From positions 9,736,001 through 9,800,000 of the forward strand of contig NC_087245.1 in the NCBI RefSeq assembly GCF_037042905.1: a stretch of DNA of 64,000 nucleotides, written 5' to 3'. The position numbers and the translations under genes were made by a program. This document shows, one piece after another, positions 1-14,315 of the stretch. The notes beneath the pieces are model-generated. The model had not been told where the DNA came from and did not search any database. It worked only from the letters and a program-made list of their open reading frames with translations. The stretch's first letter is position 1. Each line of letters opens with the position of its first letter. This DNA is from Lytechinus pictus (lineage: Eukaryota).

Positions 1-23
1 CAAAAAATGTGACCCCCCTGAGA

Positions 24-1490
24 CAGTGGCGTACCGTGGGTCACGGCATTGGGGGGGCACCAGCAAAAATTTCGGGTCACGTAGGGAGCGCGCGAAGCGC
101 GCTCAGTTGTCAGGTATACTGACCTAATAGAGATATTTTAAGGACATGCAGTGCCATTAAACGGATATGTAACTAACTGATTAAATAATGCGAGCGCGAA
201 GCGCGAGCTGAACATTTTTGATATTCAGAGCTAAAAATGGACATTATAAGCAAATTGTTTTGTAATCATGATACTTAACTGTCTCGCTAAACAAACAATG
301 CGAGCGCGAAGCGCGAGCTAAAATTTTTGTACGTATTGACCCTAAACAAGGAAATTTGCTGATTTTGTTAGAATTACATCTAAACACAGTCATGAAGCAC
401 CTTTTGTAGTCATTGTAATCATGATTATCATACGCATCTTACCTATCAAATACTGCAAGCGCAAAAGCGAGCTGAAAAATTTAGGAAATATAGACCTGAA
501 GAGGGGCATTTTAAGGGTTGTTTGTAGGAATTCTCTAAGACCCTACGTATTTGACTAACTAAATGATGCGAGCGCGAAGCGCGAGCTGAAATTTTTGTAT
601 ATATTGACACCAAACATGGATATTTTAAGGACTACATAGTTAGGAATCCAAGTCAGAGTATACATATCTCACCATAGTCATCTAATGCGAGTGCCAAGCG
701 CTTGCTGATTTTGTTAGAATTACCTCTAAACACATGAAGCACTTTTTGAAGTCATTGTAATCATGATTATTATACGCATCTCACTAATGAAATACTGCGA
801 GCGCGAAGCGCGAGCTGAAAATCTAGGAAATTCAGACATGAAGAGGGGCATTCTAAGGCTTGTTTGTAGGAATTCACTAAGACCCCACGTATTTCACTAA
901 CCAAATGATGCGAGCGCGAAGCGCGAGCTAAAATTTTTTGATATTCAGATCAGAAAAATTGACATTTTAAGGACTGATTTTAGGAGTTCATGAAGAGCAG
1001 ATATCTCACCAATCCAACGTTAGCACAGACATGAAATGCTTCATATTATAACCTTAAAATGGGGCAATCACTTTCAGTAGTCATGAAAAAGAAGAATATA
1101 TCATTACTTAAAACAATAATAACTCTAATTGCGAGGAAATATATTATTTTGTTGTATATTGATTTGAAAACGGCTTTAGGCTTTAGGCTTTAGTACAGCA
1201 AGTTTATATATCTCGTTAAACAGTCTATGCGAGCACCAGGAACAATGAAGACACAATTAAGCAAATAATGTTTAATAAAGTTATGAAAAAATGCTTATGT
1301 TATACTGTATAACTACTATAACATAATATAATATAACACTATAATGAACAACAATTTCTTCTTTCTCCACTACGTTTCTCTTCCTTTTTCCCTCTTTTTC
1401 TCCTTTTCCCCCTTTTTTTTTTTTTTTTTTTTTGGCCAGCCGATTGGGGGGGCACGTGCCCCCCCATGCCCCCCCGTAGTTACGCCACTG
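24..1490. mobile_element. hAT-type non-autonomous element with internal GCGAGCGCGAAGCGCGAGC repeats
   Basis: TIRs CAGTGGCGTA...TACGCCACTG; perfect 8-bp TSD CCCTGAGA at 16-23 and 1491-1498. Confidence 0.9.
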
Positions 1491-2877
1491 CCCTGAGAGG
1501 ATTCCCATAGCAACAAGACCACTTTATGTGACATGATCACGTGGTGGGCGGACTCACCCATAAGGCGGGCTCGCCCTGCTCTCCTCTATTTGAGAACACT
1601 AGCAAAGCAATGTTCAAACCAGTTTAGAGAGAAAGTAGATGAGAATAGTGTAATATTGATCAAGGTACATATGGATAAGTCTTTTTTTCTGTTTCAGTCA
1701 TGAACAAGGAAACAGAATATGCCTTTACCATTTCATTTTTGACAACACACAAACAAAATCGCAATGAGAAACATGTGTTGTGTTTCGTACTTTGCGATCA
1801 AAAACAGAAATCTAAAATCAAAATACTTTTGGGGTTTTTCATATATGTCTAATTCTTGATTACTGTTTTGATCATGCCAAACACAAAATAACAAAACGGT
1901 TTCAGCTCTGCGGTTCTGTTTCTAAAAACGTGAAAACCAAATCGCAACACATTTTCCGATTATCGCTCTGTAATTTCTTTTCTACACCGAAAAAAAAAAT
2001 TGGCATTGTCTCTCTGATTTTGTTCTTGCAATGCACGAGCTGAAATTTGTTCATCAATTGACCAGGAAACAAGCCACTTTGAGGATTCTTGTGAGTTTTC
2101 AAGATTATTTCCATTTATGCACTCCTTTACATTTCATTTTTTTTTTTTTTTATGTTTTCCACTTTTACATCATCAACTTGGATACTACTAACAAAAATAA
2201 AGTGTCATTCAAAAGGGTTGTAAAATAAACGGGGCACACCCCATGCGCTTGAATTTTTTACCTTTCAATTATTCCCTCTTCTTGAATTATTCACCTTTCC
2301 CCTCTGAACTTTTTCCTTCCTTTCCTCCTCTCTTTCCTTTTTTTCCCTTCCCGTTTTTTGTTATAAAGGGAATGAATAGGTAAGCTCTGGCCCCCTCTCT
2401 ACACTAGAGTAATTGGTGTCAATCATGGGGAGATGGGGGATATATCGCCCAATATTTCAGGTGGGATGGCATGTGTTATCTCCCCCTCCCCCCCAATAAT
2501 TTATGGTCGAATATCATAATATTTATGATGTATCATAGGCAAGTATGATCATGATGATAAGGACTGAGTAAATGATAATTATAATCATCATGATCACGAT
2601 AGTAATATTAATTGTCGTATAAATGCATGATGACCAATCATTTTTTGCTCTGAACTTTTTAATATTTATTGTTATTGAATGAAATCATCCTTTCAGACAG
2701 TTAAAAACAGATTGATGGAGAAAGAAATAATTCCAGGATGAAATATATAAAATGACATGATGTTTTATCATACATGAAATTATTATTTTTTGTTTACCCC
2801 GGCCACAAACCAAGCACATGTGGTGTACCCCCTATATTTTACCATCCTTTTGTTAGTAGTATTCTGGTTTATAATGG

Positions 2878-3182
2878 AAGTTATGATGACATTTCAAAAA
2901 CTTAACCTTAGGTTAAAATTTTGATGTTGATTCCCCCAACATGGTCTAAGTTCATTGACTCTAAATGACCTTTGACCTCGGTAATGTGACCTGAAACTCA
3001 AACAGGATGTTCAGTAATACTTGATTAATCTTATGTCCAAATTTCATGAACTTGGTCCGTACACTTTCTAAGTTATACTATCATTTAAAAAACTTAGCCT
3101 TCGATTAAGATTTGGTGTTGACGCAGCCGCCGCCAGAAAAGCGGCGCCAAGAATCTCACACTGCTATGCATGTGAGACAAAA
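2878..3182 (-). mobile_element. Truncated Helentron/DINE-1-like element, family A
   Basis: TGACCTTTGACC-containing ~120-bp units and terminal ...ctgctatgcatgtgagacaa, shared with 55069-56266. Confidence 0.75.
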
Positions 3183-3916
3183 ACTGGATTAATGGAAAAG
3201 TAGTTTTCCAGGGTTTTGGCAATAACATGTTGTTACCATAGCAAAACAAAGGTTGGGAGGTCTGACACCCCCAATAAGCCAGTTCACGGTTAGCTCATGA
3301 TCAACTTTTCTCAAATGACCTATGTGATTTTTCATTAGGATAAGCACTATCATTTTCAAATGTAGATGTTGCGTAAGCTTTACGGTAGAGTATTCAAATT
3401 CTAAGAACAAAAGGCATTGTATAGACCAGGTGACTAGAATAGTACATCAGGGATCAAGTTTGAAAATCTGTTTTATTGTCTGCCTTTGGCACATTTGACT
3501 ATTGTTTAGGCCACTGTCAAATACCAGTGATTATGAAGGCTCTATTTATTACTCTTCAGCTTGGATGTGATAAATATTTTGAAAGGAATACATGAATAAT
3601 CATCAAATCAAAAATGCCTGTCAGTGAATTTGAAAGCCACCTTCATGGTTGTCTCCAATGACCTTTTTCTGCTCGTGCGCAGTTTACAACCGTGAACAGG
3701 CTTATACATGTATGTGCCGAAACAGGGGGGGGTGGGCTGGGCTTCAGCCCCCACTTTTTTCAAAAACTGTGTACAAAAAACGTAAAAACGACCATATGAT
3801 TGTGATTTTTTGCATGGTCAGCCCCCCCCCCCCCCCACTTTGAAAACCGTTCCACGGCCCCTGCAGTAAATATTCAAAATTTCAAAAATTGAATTGATTT
3901 GAATTGGCAATCATCT

Positions 3917-5002
3917 ACAGTCAGACCGCAGGTCCCTATGCTAATGAGCAAAAAGGCCAGATTCATCCAAATCATCTCGTGGCTGAATCCTCCTCCTTGC
4001 AAAATCTCGTGATTCGTGAGATTTTCTTTCTCTAAGAATTTACCTGTTTTAACCTCAAGTTAAATGAAATATTATTGCACCATCAGATAGAGTAAAAGTT
4101 ACTCTTTCATATTGGTCATTTATTTTGTATACAATATTTTGTTAAATAAGTAAATTTCTGGCCTGAAAATGTGCCTCAAAACTGAATTTTCTTCCTCTGT
4201 TTTCTTTTGCAAATTGTGCAAAACTTTTTATTTTGAGCCTCAATGATATTTATATCAACATAAAGCTGAACTTCTGTACTTTCTCACAATGCCACTCTTG
4301 ATATGCAGCACCTTTTAATCGGGTCAAGATCACACTTTTCCCACCAAGATACAAGACGAGATTTCTGAAATTTTGTCCTTGCATGAAATCCAGTGTTCTG
4401 ATTGGCTGGATAAGATTCACAGAACAACAGGCGCGGGGTATTTGAGGAGATTACCACATGGGAAGTGTGACCTTCCCACGAACCCAGGCACTGGAACCGT
4501 TGGAATTTGCCAGTGTGCGGTCTCTTTGACCAATCAGAGTGCAGTATTCTTGTTTTCAAGCTGCTTTATGTACTTGGCAAATGAAAAGTGTGATCTTGAC
4601 CCGATTAAACCAATTCTTATTATGAAACCTATATCATTTCAAAGCATACATATTCAGCTTTATCATGATATAAAAATCATTTGGGCTCAAACAAAAATAA
4701 AGTGTAAAAATAGTAGCTTTTGTCAGGTGAAAATATTTATTTTGTAGCATATCTTAGATCAAAATTTTAACCTATATTACAAAATCTTTGAATAAATCCA
4801 AACACATGACCTGAAAGAATGATTCTTCTTCTTTACAATGGTACCAAATTCATGAAATTCGATGCACAATTAGAGCAGCAATGACCGAATGAAAAGAGGT
4901 GTTTTGGTCCGCATCAAGCTCATTAAATATGCAAAACATCTCAAGTCATGAATATCACTTGGATGAAAGAAGCCACTTTCTTGGGACCTGCAGTCTGACT
5001 GT
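3917..5002. mobile_element. 1.09-kb TIR element, near-identical to 47571-48655
   Basis: TIR ACAGTCAGACCGCAGGTCCC...GGGACCTGCAGTCTGACTGT; flanked by CT/CT. Confidence 0.9.
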
Positions 5003-6657
5003 CTACCAAATAGTAATCCAGAATTTAAAAATAAATTGGTCACAATAAACATTTACAACAGGTACAAGGCTCCACACTAACTTTCTTTTCTTGTTGGCCC
5101 AATCAGTCCACCAAAATCATCAATTTCATATTTTTGGTGGCCCACAAAGCAAATTTAGTGGCCCTAAATCAATAGGAAAAATTACAATTGATGGTGGTCC
5201 GACTCTCTTTTTTGGTTGCCCAGGGCCATCGGGCCACTGCTAAAGTCGAGCCCTAAAGTATATCCACTTGAGGCATGTGTAATCCAAGTACATACATGTA
5301 TGTGCTACAAAATATTGATTTATGTCCTGCTTTAGAAAAAAAAAAAAGAGTTACGGCTACAATAGAACTATTAAGTCAAAACAAATTGAATTACAGTACA
5401 GATGAAGGGTATATTTAACTCAAATAAAGCAAATATGACTGTGTAAAGAAATAATGCAGGACAAGTCACAATTCTTTTTATCAGAGAAAATGATGAGTTT
5501 TCATTTATACAAATTTAAGGGAAAAAATAAACTAAGGTGATTTGTATTTTACTCTTGTTCTACAACTTCAAATATTGTCATACTATTCATGCTTGCCTTT
5601 GTATCATAGTTTTGTTTGTATGTAGATAAATGAATTCTAAAGCATGGCGTGCAAAAACTTTGATCGCTATCTAATGGGGTCAGCATAATTCTGGAGTAGG
5701 TATTAAAACGAACAAACTGAAGAGGAAAAGTTGTGGACCCTTGGATATTTATTCACTACTTCAAACCAATCAATCAGATTCACAATGGCTTTACTGTACT
5801 CCATCTCAATTTAATGACCCTGTATTACTGAATGCCATTGCATGCATCTACATGTAGTCACAACTGTGAATGGAATTTATAAGTAAACTGAGGCATGGAG
5901 GGATTTCCCCTACATACAGAGTGCTAAAAAGAGTCTTAACTGTAATTCGCGCAATATAAAAATTGATTATTATTATTTTATTCTATATTCATACATTATC
6001 AAAAGTGGACCTAAAGGAAATATATTAAACCTACAGTATTACATTTTAAGAATAAATATCACCTATCAAATCATAAAACTCTTGATATTATCAAGATCAA
6101 GGCTCTCTGCTGCATCTATTTTTTGAACCTGCCAAAGAATGATCTTGGAGAATACTCAGGATGATGAGTAGATGAAAATGAAATAAACATAATAGAGATC
6201 CTCTATTGACTTGAACTAACATGAATGGTCTCAGGAAGAACTGAAAGCGATTCAAGATCATTCGGGTTTACCTGTCTGAGATTTATACTGTTTTAAAACT
6301 TTTAAGTACAGACCGTGGTTTGTGGATGAATAGCTGTTTAAAAGATAGACCAAAATGAAGTTTATTACAGCTCCAATGATACCCTTTCATTAATTCACCC
6401 TCAACTACACATAGTTTGCATCAGAATAATGTGAATTCTGCGGAAAAAAAAAAATCGATTTCACTATATTTCTATTTAAAAAGTCCACAACATTCCTAAC
6501 GAGTGCAGTGAGGAAATAGCACCCTTAGAACCACTAGTCATAAAGTGTGCAAAATTTGACATTTGCTCGGATCGCATACATGTATTCAGAGTGCAAAGCT
6601 TGCACATGAAAAGCAAGGGAGCTGCGACCGCAAAGTCTGTACTATTTGAAAATCCTG

Positions 6658-6830
6658 GTTGAGTGTTTTATAAAGCTGTTTGTAAAGTTACACACAACTT
6701 TACGTACGACTGGAACATGATCTTAGGTGTTAAGTGAGCTACATAGGGATAGTATGGGACAAGAAAGGTCACCAGTCATGCGTAAAGCCTTCAGTAACTT
6801 TACGAAAAGCTTTATGAAACATCCACCAGT
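6658..6830. mobile_element. Short palindromic MITE (second copy ~13005-13176)
   Basis: Inverted ends tgttt(c/t)ataaagctgtt...aagctttatgaaac; two copies in the window. Confidence 0.7.
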
Positions 6831-7111
6831 TCTTTAATTCCAAGATGTGATCCAGTGAGCCAAAAGTGTAATAGCACTACCATGAAAGTGTGTGGAGTCT
6901 GGACTATCCTGGTCTTTGTCCTTCATGAATTCATTTTTTTTTATAGAATAGTTTGCCCATGACAGTTAACATCCCAGAACTAGGTGCAGAATAATGCTGA
7001 TCTAAGACCAGGATTTGGGTATCTTGACATAATTAGATCCAAACCTGGATAGTGTAACTTCAATGTGGGTTCACGAGAGAAAATCTTAACTTGTCAGAGA
7101 GACATTTTAAA

Positions 7112-7471
7112 GGTAAATTGCCAATTCATCTATTACCAACTCATTCACTCATCACATGCCATTTCATCCATCAACATTTCGTCTCACAACCATTTGGTCC
7201 AATCATCACTTCATCTTATTACTAGTTCAATGACCATTTCGTCTCAAACCAGTTGGTCTAAAATCCATTTTATTTTCATTCATTCTGCCCTATTTACATT
7301 GAGTCCAATTAGACCAAATGGTATTTGGACTAAACGGCTATTTGACCAACTGGTCATAGATGAAATCGTGAGTAGATGAAATGGTAATTAGACCATGTAG
7401 ACAGTGGACGAACTGATGGCAGACCAAATATTATAATTGGACAAATTGGCATTAGACCAATTGAATATACC
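7112..7471. mobile_element. Foldback-type MITE with dispersed gtcta/tagac sub-repeats
   Basis: Ends GGTAAATT...AATATACC, left half mirrors right half, flanked by attttaa on both sides. Confidence 0.65.
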
Positions 7472-7931
7472 ATTTTAACTATATCCATTGTTGGTGTAAA
7501 AGAGGTCTCAGACCCCTATTCCATCAAAGATATTTCGGCCAGCCAAAAATTTGGCATAGAAGTATTTTTTCCAGCTCCCTTTGTTTCAGGGCCAGTGTCG
7601 GCCTAACACAGGATTTTTTTTCAGCCTAAATACACGATCTCACATACATCCATGCATACGCATACATGTCTACTTCTGCAAGCCGTTTTGTCAAATTATC
7701 TTTGCATGGTGTACATGTAGTGTCAATTCCAATATGCTTTGTGAGTGATTTCTTTGCCAACTTATTTCAGTGGTGAACACAGAAAGACAATTTTGGGGGC
7801 CCTGGGTAAATTTTGAAAGCAGAGAGAGTAGTTTATATTTGGTAGATTTTGGGTTGCCCAGGACTGACCTACATACATCTTGACCTTGATTAAAAAAGGG
7901 TTCACAAGATTGCCACCAGACATGAGAACCA

Positions 7932-8409
7932 AGGTGGTTTCAAACCGCCTCGATCACAAGAATCCCCGTTAAATTACGAGAACTTTTTTAGGCTGAAAAA
8001 TACCCATTAATTATTCCTGCATTCACACCGCCCTGAAACATACCCTTCGGGATAAGTTCCTGAAGTTACGAGCATGCGCAGTATGGTCTGATAAGCAGCA
8101 AGGCGCGAAATTCAAAATCACTAGCCCAGCAGCAACCCATGCACGGCGCCGCACCCAACGACACGCTGGGCTAAAAGTTCCCGTAATTTGCTTTCAGACC
8201 GCCAAAATACCCACGACCTTGGAAAAATCCCCGCGAAAGTTCTCGTAATTTCGCCAAGTACCTACTATTTATCGGGTATTTTCTTTCGGGGATATTACGC
8301 GTAGTTTGCTTTCACACCGCCAAAATACCTGGTATTTTCTGATCGGGGTAAATTTCCCGATCAGAGAATACCTGGAACTGGCGAACTTCGAGGCGGTCTG
8401 AAACCACCT
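7932..8409. mobile_element. PIF/Harbinger-type MITE
   Basis: TIR AGGTGGTTTCAAACCGCCTCGA / TCGAGGCGGTCTGAAACCACCT; 3-bp TSD CCA. Confidence 0.85.
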
Positions 8410-8419
8410 CCAGACAGCT

Positions 8420-8685
8420 TACAATTACCCCCGGAGGACAATTACCCCCCCCCCCCGGACAATTACCCCCCCCCCCCCCCCCCGGACAACTACCCCCCCG
8501 GACAATTACCCCCCGGACAATTACCCCCCTGGAAAATCACCCCCGGACAATCACCCCCCGGACAATCACCCCCAGGACAATCACCCCCGGGCAATTGCCC
8601 CCCCGGACAACTACCCCCCCCCCGGCCAATTACCCCCCCGAACAATTAACCTCGAGGACAATTACCACCGGGAACAATTACATCG
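8420..8685. repeat. GGACAATTA(C)n minisatellite, ~15-20-bp unit
   Basis: More than a dozen tandem ggacaa(t/c)(t/c)accccc units. Confidence 0.9.
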
Positions 8686-8778
8686 ACTGTACGTTTGATG
8701 TAAGAAGTACTCAAGGCATTCTCGAGTATCTTGGAATCAAACGAACGCCGTAAGAAAGCTGTAAAAGTGAGCTCCATC

Positions 8779-10821
8779 CATAGGCGGATCCAGGGAGGGG
8801 GGCCTGGGTCCCCCCCCCTATTGGCAGAGCAAAAAAATTATTTTAAAAAGGGGAAAAGAAAGAAAAAAAAGGGGAAAGACAGGAGGAAAAAGAAGAGGTA
8901 AAAGAAGTGGAGGGAGACCAGTGAAAAAAAAAGGTTAGGGGAAGACTTAGAAAATGATTAAAAAATATATTTCATGTCACTACATTAAATTTTTCGCTCG
9001 CGCTTCGCGCTCGCATAGCCTGTTCGATGAGATACATATCTTGCTAAATAGGCTGATATGTAGCTTAAAATATCAAGTTTTGAAGTCGATATACAAAGCA
9101 TATTTCAGCTCGGACATTAATTATTATTTTGTTTGATTTACAAACTGATTTTTTAAGTGCTCTGTTTAATGTCCGTTTTATGGTGTGAATATAACTTGCA
9201 GCTTGCGCTATGCGCTCGCATTATTTGATTTGCCAAATTATATAACAAACTACTTAAAATCCCCCTTTTAAGACAGTTTACCAAAAGTTTCGTCTCACGA
9301 TTTGCGCTCGCATTGTTAAAAATATATCAACTCACAAATCCTATTCATGATTACAAAAGTGCTTAAAATATCCAGTTTTCAGGCCTCAGTGTCAACACAT
9401 TTCACTCACTCATTAGGCTTATTACATTAATAAATATGATAATAAAATTTTCATGAATTCTTAATGACTAAATTGTCCCTTTTCAGAAAAGAATATCAAC
9501 AATATCCCAGTTGAATATCGCGCTTAGGAAGAGGAATAAGAAAGTTGTCATCATTTTCATATGATGACAAAATGTCCTTAGACCTAGAATGTCCAGGTCC
9601 TAGGTCAAAATAATAATGAAAATATCAGCTCGCGCTTCACACTCGCATCATTTATTAAGTGCTTTCCACATCCACTTCACAATTTCCCTACACAATGCTT
9701 TAGATAGTGCTCAAATTCACCATTTTCATACCTGAATATCAAGTATTTTCCGCTCCCGCTTCGCGCTCGCATTATTGATTTTCGTAATAAAAATATCAGA
9801 ATGCCCAGATTCTGTCTAACTCTAAAACACGCGCACAACATTGAGATACGCATCTTCATTCAAAACGTGCTAAAATTGTCTAGTTTCAGATCAGATCGCG
9901 CTTTGCGCTCACATAATTAATGTAGGAAGAAACCAAACTACCCATCCTTTTTCATGATTTACAAAACATGATTAGAGTGTCCAATTTTTAGGTCTGAAAT
10001 CTCAATTTTTTTTTCGTTCACGCTCGCATCAATTGTTTAATATTATACCTATACCGTTAATGATTACAAAAAGTGCTAAGAATGTCATTTTTTTAGGTCA
10101 GAATGTCAAAAGAAATTCAGCTCGCACTTCGCGCTCGCATTATTTAATACTTGAAATATGTATCGTTTTAATGGCTAACTGCAAATCCTCCTTAACAAGT
10201 CCCTTTTCGATCAAGCCAGAAACGATATTAAAAATTTTAGCTCGCGCTTTGCGCTCGCAGTAATTATCTAGTTACAAACGCATCTTGTTCAGGTTCACAA
10301 ACATTGCCCAGAATAGTCAATTTTCAGGTTAAAATATATACATGAAATTTCAAAAATTTTCAGCTCGCGCTTCGCGCATGCACTATTCAAATTGGGCTTA
10401 TAAGATAATTACACTTTTTATGTTGTTTTATATAAGAATAAAGCTTAGAAATTACTGTTACGGCATTTTGCCCCCCCCCTATTTTTCACGACCAAGAAAA
10501 AAAAGAGAAAAGGAAAGGGATAAGGGTGAAATATAGGCCTACTATTTTTGAAAAATTTTATGTCAAAATCTATCAAAAACTTTGATTTTTGTAATAAAAA
10601 TTTTGAAATTTTTGCTCGCTCGTTTCGCTCGCTCGCAACTTATTAATTTTTACGTGATATGCTGTATTGAGCCCCCTAAATGTTTTTGGCTCATTACTCC
10701 ACTGGTACAACCCCTTCGAAGAAACAAATTAAAGTCAACTTTGAGCGGCCGATCTGGGTAAATATGGGTGAAAAAAATTTCGGGCCCCCCCCCCTTTATG
10801 CAAGAGCTGGATCCGCCCCTG
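8779..10821. mobile_element. Composite non-autonomous element related to 24-1490 (opposite orientation; GCTCGCGCTTCGCGCTCGC repeats)
   Basis: Ends CATAGGCGGATCC...GGATCCGCCCCTG, ccatc on both flanks; the repeated motif is the reverse complement of that in 24-1490. Confidence 0.75.
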
Positions 10822-10907
10822 CCATCTGCAAATCTTAACGAAACCCAGAATTCGATCATAATTTGTATGTCACCATAGCACAAGATCATTCATTTTGGCA
10901 ATCTTCG

Positions 10908-11385
10908 CAGTGGCGTAGTATATGGGGGGGCCAGGGGGCACGTGCCCCTCCCTGAGATTTGGTTTGCCCCCCCCCCTGAGAAAATTGACGGAGCAAAAAA
11001 AAGGGGGAGAAAGAGAGAAAAAAAAAGAAGGGGAAAGAAAGAAGAAAAAGAAGAGGAAAATGAGAAGAGGAAGAGGAGTGAATAATTTGAGGTGAAGGGA
11101 AGACTTTCTTTTTATGTCACTATATAAAATTTTCGCTCATGCTTCCCGCTCGCATTGCCTTTTCGATGAGATTCATATCTTGCTCAATATAGGCTGATAT
11201 GGAGCTTAAAATATCAAGTTTTGAAGTCAATATACAAAACATATTTCATCTCAGATATCGAGCCTTCATTATTTTTAAATTTACAAATTGATTTTTTCAA
11301 GTGCTCTGTAAAATGTCCGTTTTATGGTCTAAATATTAATATTTTCAGCTCACGCTGCTCGGTCGCATTATTTGATTTGCATAGG
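10908..11385. mobile_element. Truncated copy of the CAGTGGCGTA hAT family
   Basis: CAGTGGCGTAG terminus, G-runs and purine tract, then strong similarity to 8970-9235. Confidence 0.75.
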
Positions 11386-11434
11386 CAATAGAAAAAGTTA
11401 TTAATTGTTATTCATAAAAACTAGCAAATTAAAA

Positions 11435-12108
11435 AACAAGTGGAGCGCCTCTGGCAGTCTCACCTGCATCACGCGATTCAAAATAGCAGCAGCACTGACT
11501 TTGAAAACTACTATAAAATAATTATTCACATAAGACACCATTCATATAATGATACATAACGGTCATTGACCCTTAATGATATTTGACCTTGATCATGTGA
11601 CCTAAGACTTGTCAGTGATACTTGATTACCCTTTAATATGTCCACATTTCATAAACTATATCCATAAACTTTGAAAGTTATGACAGCAATTTAATAATTA
11701 CCTCCAACACGGTTAAAGTTCATTGACCTTAATTGACCTTTGACTTTGATCATGTGACCTGAAACTCACACAGGATGTTTAGTGATACTCGATTACTCTT
11801 ATGTATAAGTGTTATGAATCAGATCCATAAACTTTCAAAGTTATGATGGTAATTCAACAAATACCCCCAACTTGGTCAAAGTTCATTGACCCTAAACCTA
11901 AATGACCTTGATCATGTGACTTGAAACTGAAGCTAAATGTTCAGTAATACTTGATTAACCTTATGTCCAAATTTCATGAACTAGGTCCATTAACTTTTAA
12001 GTTATGCTGTCATTTCAAAAACTTAACCTTCGGTTAAGATTTGTTGTTGACGCTGCCGCCGTCGTAAAAGCGGCGCCTAGTCTCACTCTGCTTTGCAAGT
12101 GAGACAAA
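11435..12108 (-). mobile_element. Helentron/DINE-1-like element, family A, with internal tandem array
   Basis: aacaagtggagcgcctctggcagtctcacctgc ... gtctcactctgctttgcaagtgagacaa; subterminal inverted repeats plus a hairpin; inserted in an A/T run. Confidence 0.8.
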
Positions 12109-14315
12109 AACTGAAATTGAAAAGTCAGACAGTAACCTGTGTTATTTTATGAAAAGGGAAGTCTACCCCTGTGTTAAGTTGGATTTTAAAACAAGAGCAG
12201 AAAACAGGATAATGAAATTCCATCAAATGATATAATGTGAGGGATTTCAAAACTTCAAATTGCGTGATCTCGCGGAAGGCTGCTATCCCTTTCTTTACAG
12301 TGCAACCCCTACAGATCACTCTAAGAAAGTGGTCTGAATATGAAGCCCAAAGTCCCTGCTTGAGACTTTTGCAAAGAATGTTCCTTTAATCGAAATACAA
12401 GTTGTATTTGTGCTATTCTTGTGTCAAAACCCACTTAGTAACGAAAGTTTCTATCGGGGTATGTAATGGCAGACTACCTCTCCCCCATATGGTGTGTATC
12501 ATAAGTTCCATGAATTGTTATTTGCATCAAGTGCTAAATATTGTATTAACTGCAATAGTTATCAAAATGTTGCAATTTATTCATTTAAATCAGTCCTATT
12601 TTGAATTGGCCTTAATAGTAGATCTTTACATGTATGTTGTATTCATCAATCATTCTTACTTTTATTATATGATTAAAAAAGAAATGTTTCTGTAATTCAA
12701 ACTAAGTCATATCTGTCTAAATTTCCCCATTTTTTTACTCTGTATTAAGTTTGAAAGTTTGTACTTTTATTATAAAATGTAATACAATTTGTATTTATGT
12801 TCTTATCAATTTTTATTATTGTACATAGCGCCATGACCGTCATGGCTTTACAAGAATTCCCCATTATTATTATTTTTTTAATTCTGTATCAGGTAGAGAG
12901 TTAACAAAGAAATTAAACAAATAGATGAAGACAAGACAAAGTTGAGTCTGGCATTATCGAACATGGTTAGAGGGAACAGGCAACATGTGATTCAATTTCC
13001 TGGAGCTGAGTGGTGTTTCATAAAGCTGTTCGTAAAGTTACACACGACTGGAACCTGTTCTTAGGCGCAAAATCAGTTACATAGGTCATAGGGATATCAA
13101 TTAGAACAAGAAATGGTCACCAGTCGTGCGTAAAGTCATTCGTAACTTACCAACAGCTTTATGAAACGGGCCCCAGATTGGTTAAACAAATACACTTTTT
13201 CACAAACTTACTCAAACAGAGATACACTGTCGATTTTCAAAATTTGCTTTTATTTGTAAAGAGAAGCCACATTCTAAAAGCTTATATTCGCTCCTTGTTC
13301 TGTAAATAATTACACACGTGTATGATTAATTCCCCAAATTGCAAACCCATGTCTTTCTGTTGAGATTTTAGGGCCAAAAATTCATATTATTCATGATATC
13401 ATTGAAATTACCCTAGCAAACGTAACTCAAATAAAATTCTGATAGCCACACAAATGATGACCAAGCTGCAGTTCAATATTTTTTTCGACACAGTTCTCTT
13501 GAAATAAAATACAAGTGTAAACACGGTTCTTTTGATATCAAATTTAGAAGTGTAAACACTCTTAAATTCACCTGGATTCACTGAACTTGGTCAAACCCCC
13601 CAAATATATTTAAATAACAGAACAAAGATCAATAAGAAATATATATATGTATTTCTGACAGTGTCCACAGATGAGTGAGTGCCCATTGAGTAATATTTAT
13701 ACAGCATAGAAGGTATCAATTGAACAAGTAATATTTCTATGCCTAAAATATTTCTAAATGCCCATATATACAATAGATCACCAATTTCAGATTATTTCAA
13801 CAATTCTATGAGCTATTTTCGGAGAGAGTTTAAAGGTTATGACAATGTATTATGACCTCATTCAACTTGAGTTAGGTCTCCAAGAGTTAATGATAGTGCA
13901 CCTCTCGGAATCAAAGTTGTCATAACTTTAAAAATTTCAACACTTTCCTTTCAGTTTAGGTACAACATTTTGCTGCAAGGGAATTCCCTGAGGTATCAAC
14001 AAAATCAATAAAAATGAGAAAAGGTGAGGTGTTAACATCTATGAGGACTCACAAAAATCTTTATATCATTCTTTGCTTTCCCTATCATTGACATCATATC
14101 ATATTCTATATTTGAATTTTCTAATGAAATGATGTACGGCTTATGGTGATTTATCAAAATTGCAATGGACTACACATACATGTATTCGGATTTTAAACCA
14201 GAGAAAGGGGCATCTCCTTGATATCACACACACATTGTATACTGCCCTAAGGAGGATGAAACTTCAGGGAAAGGCAAAACAAATAAAATGAAAATCAGAT
14301 GTAGGCCTACCTTAA

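Noticed and set aside
4373..4747. 124-aa ORF repeated almost identically at 48027-48401
   Set aside because: Lies inside a duplicated TIR element, starts at TTG and has no recognisable domain; the conservation reflects recent transposition.
7860..7925. Minus-strand FLIKVK resembling the TPGS1 C-terminal FIAKVK
   Set aside because: No suitable phase-0 acceptor, no upstream M..EEF motif and no nearby stop in the expected place.
12895..13005. Plus-strand open stretch RVNKEIKQIDEDKTKLSLALSNMV as an exon of a nested gene
   Set aside because: The natural acceptor gives stops in all frames, there is no recognisable homology, and no partner exons were found.
13211..13300. Minus-strand segment bounded by tttacag and gtaagt (LLECGFSL in one frame)
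   Set aside because: All three frames hit stop codons; phase 0 gives only NKERI*. Not supportable as a coding exon without RNA data.
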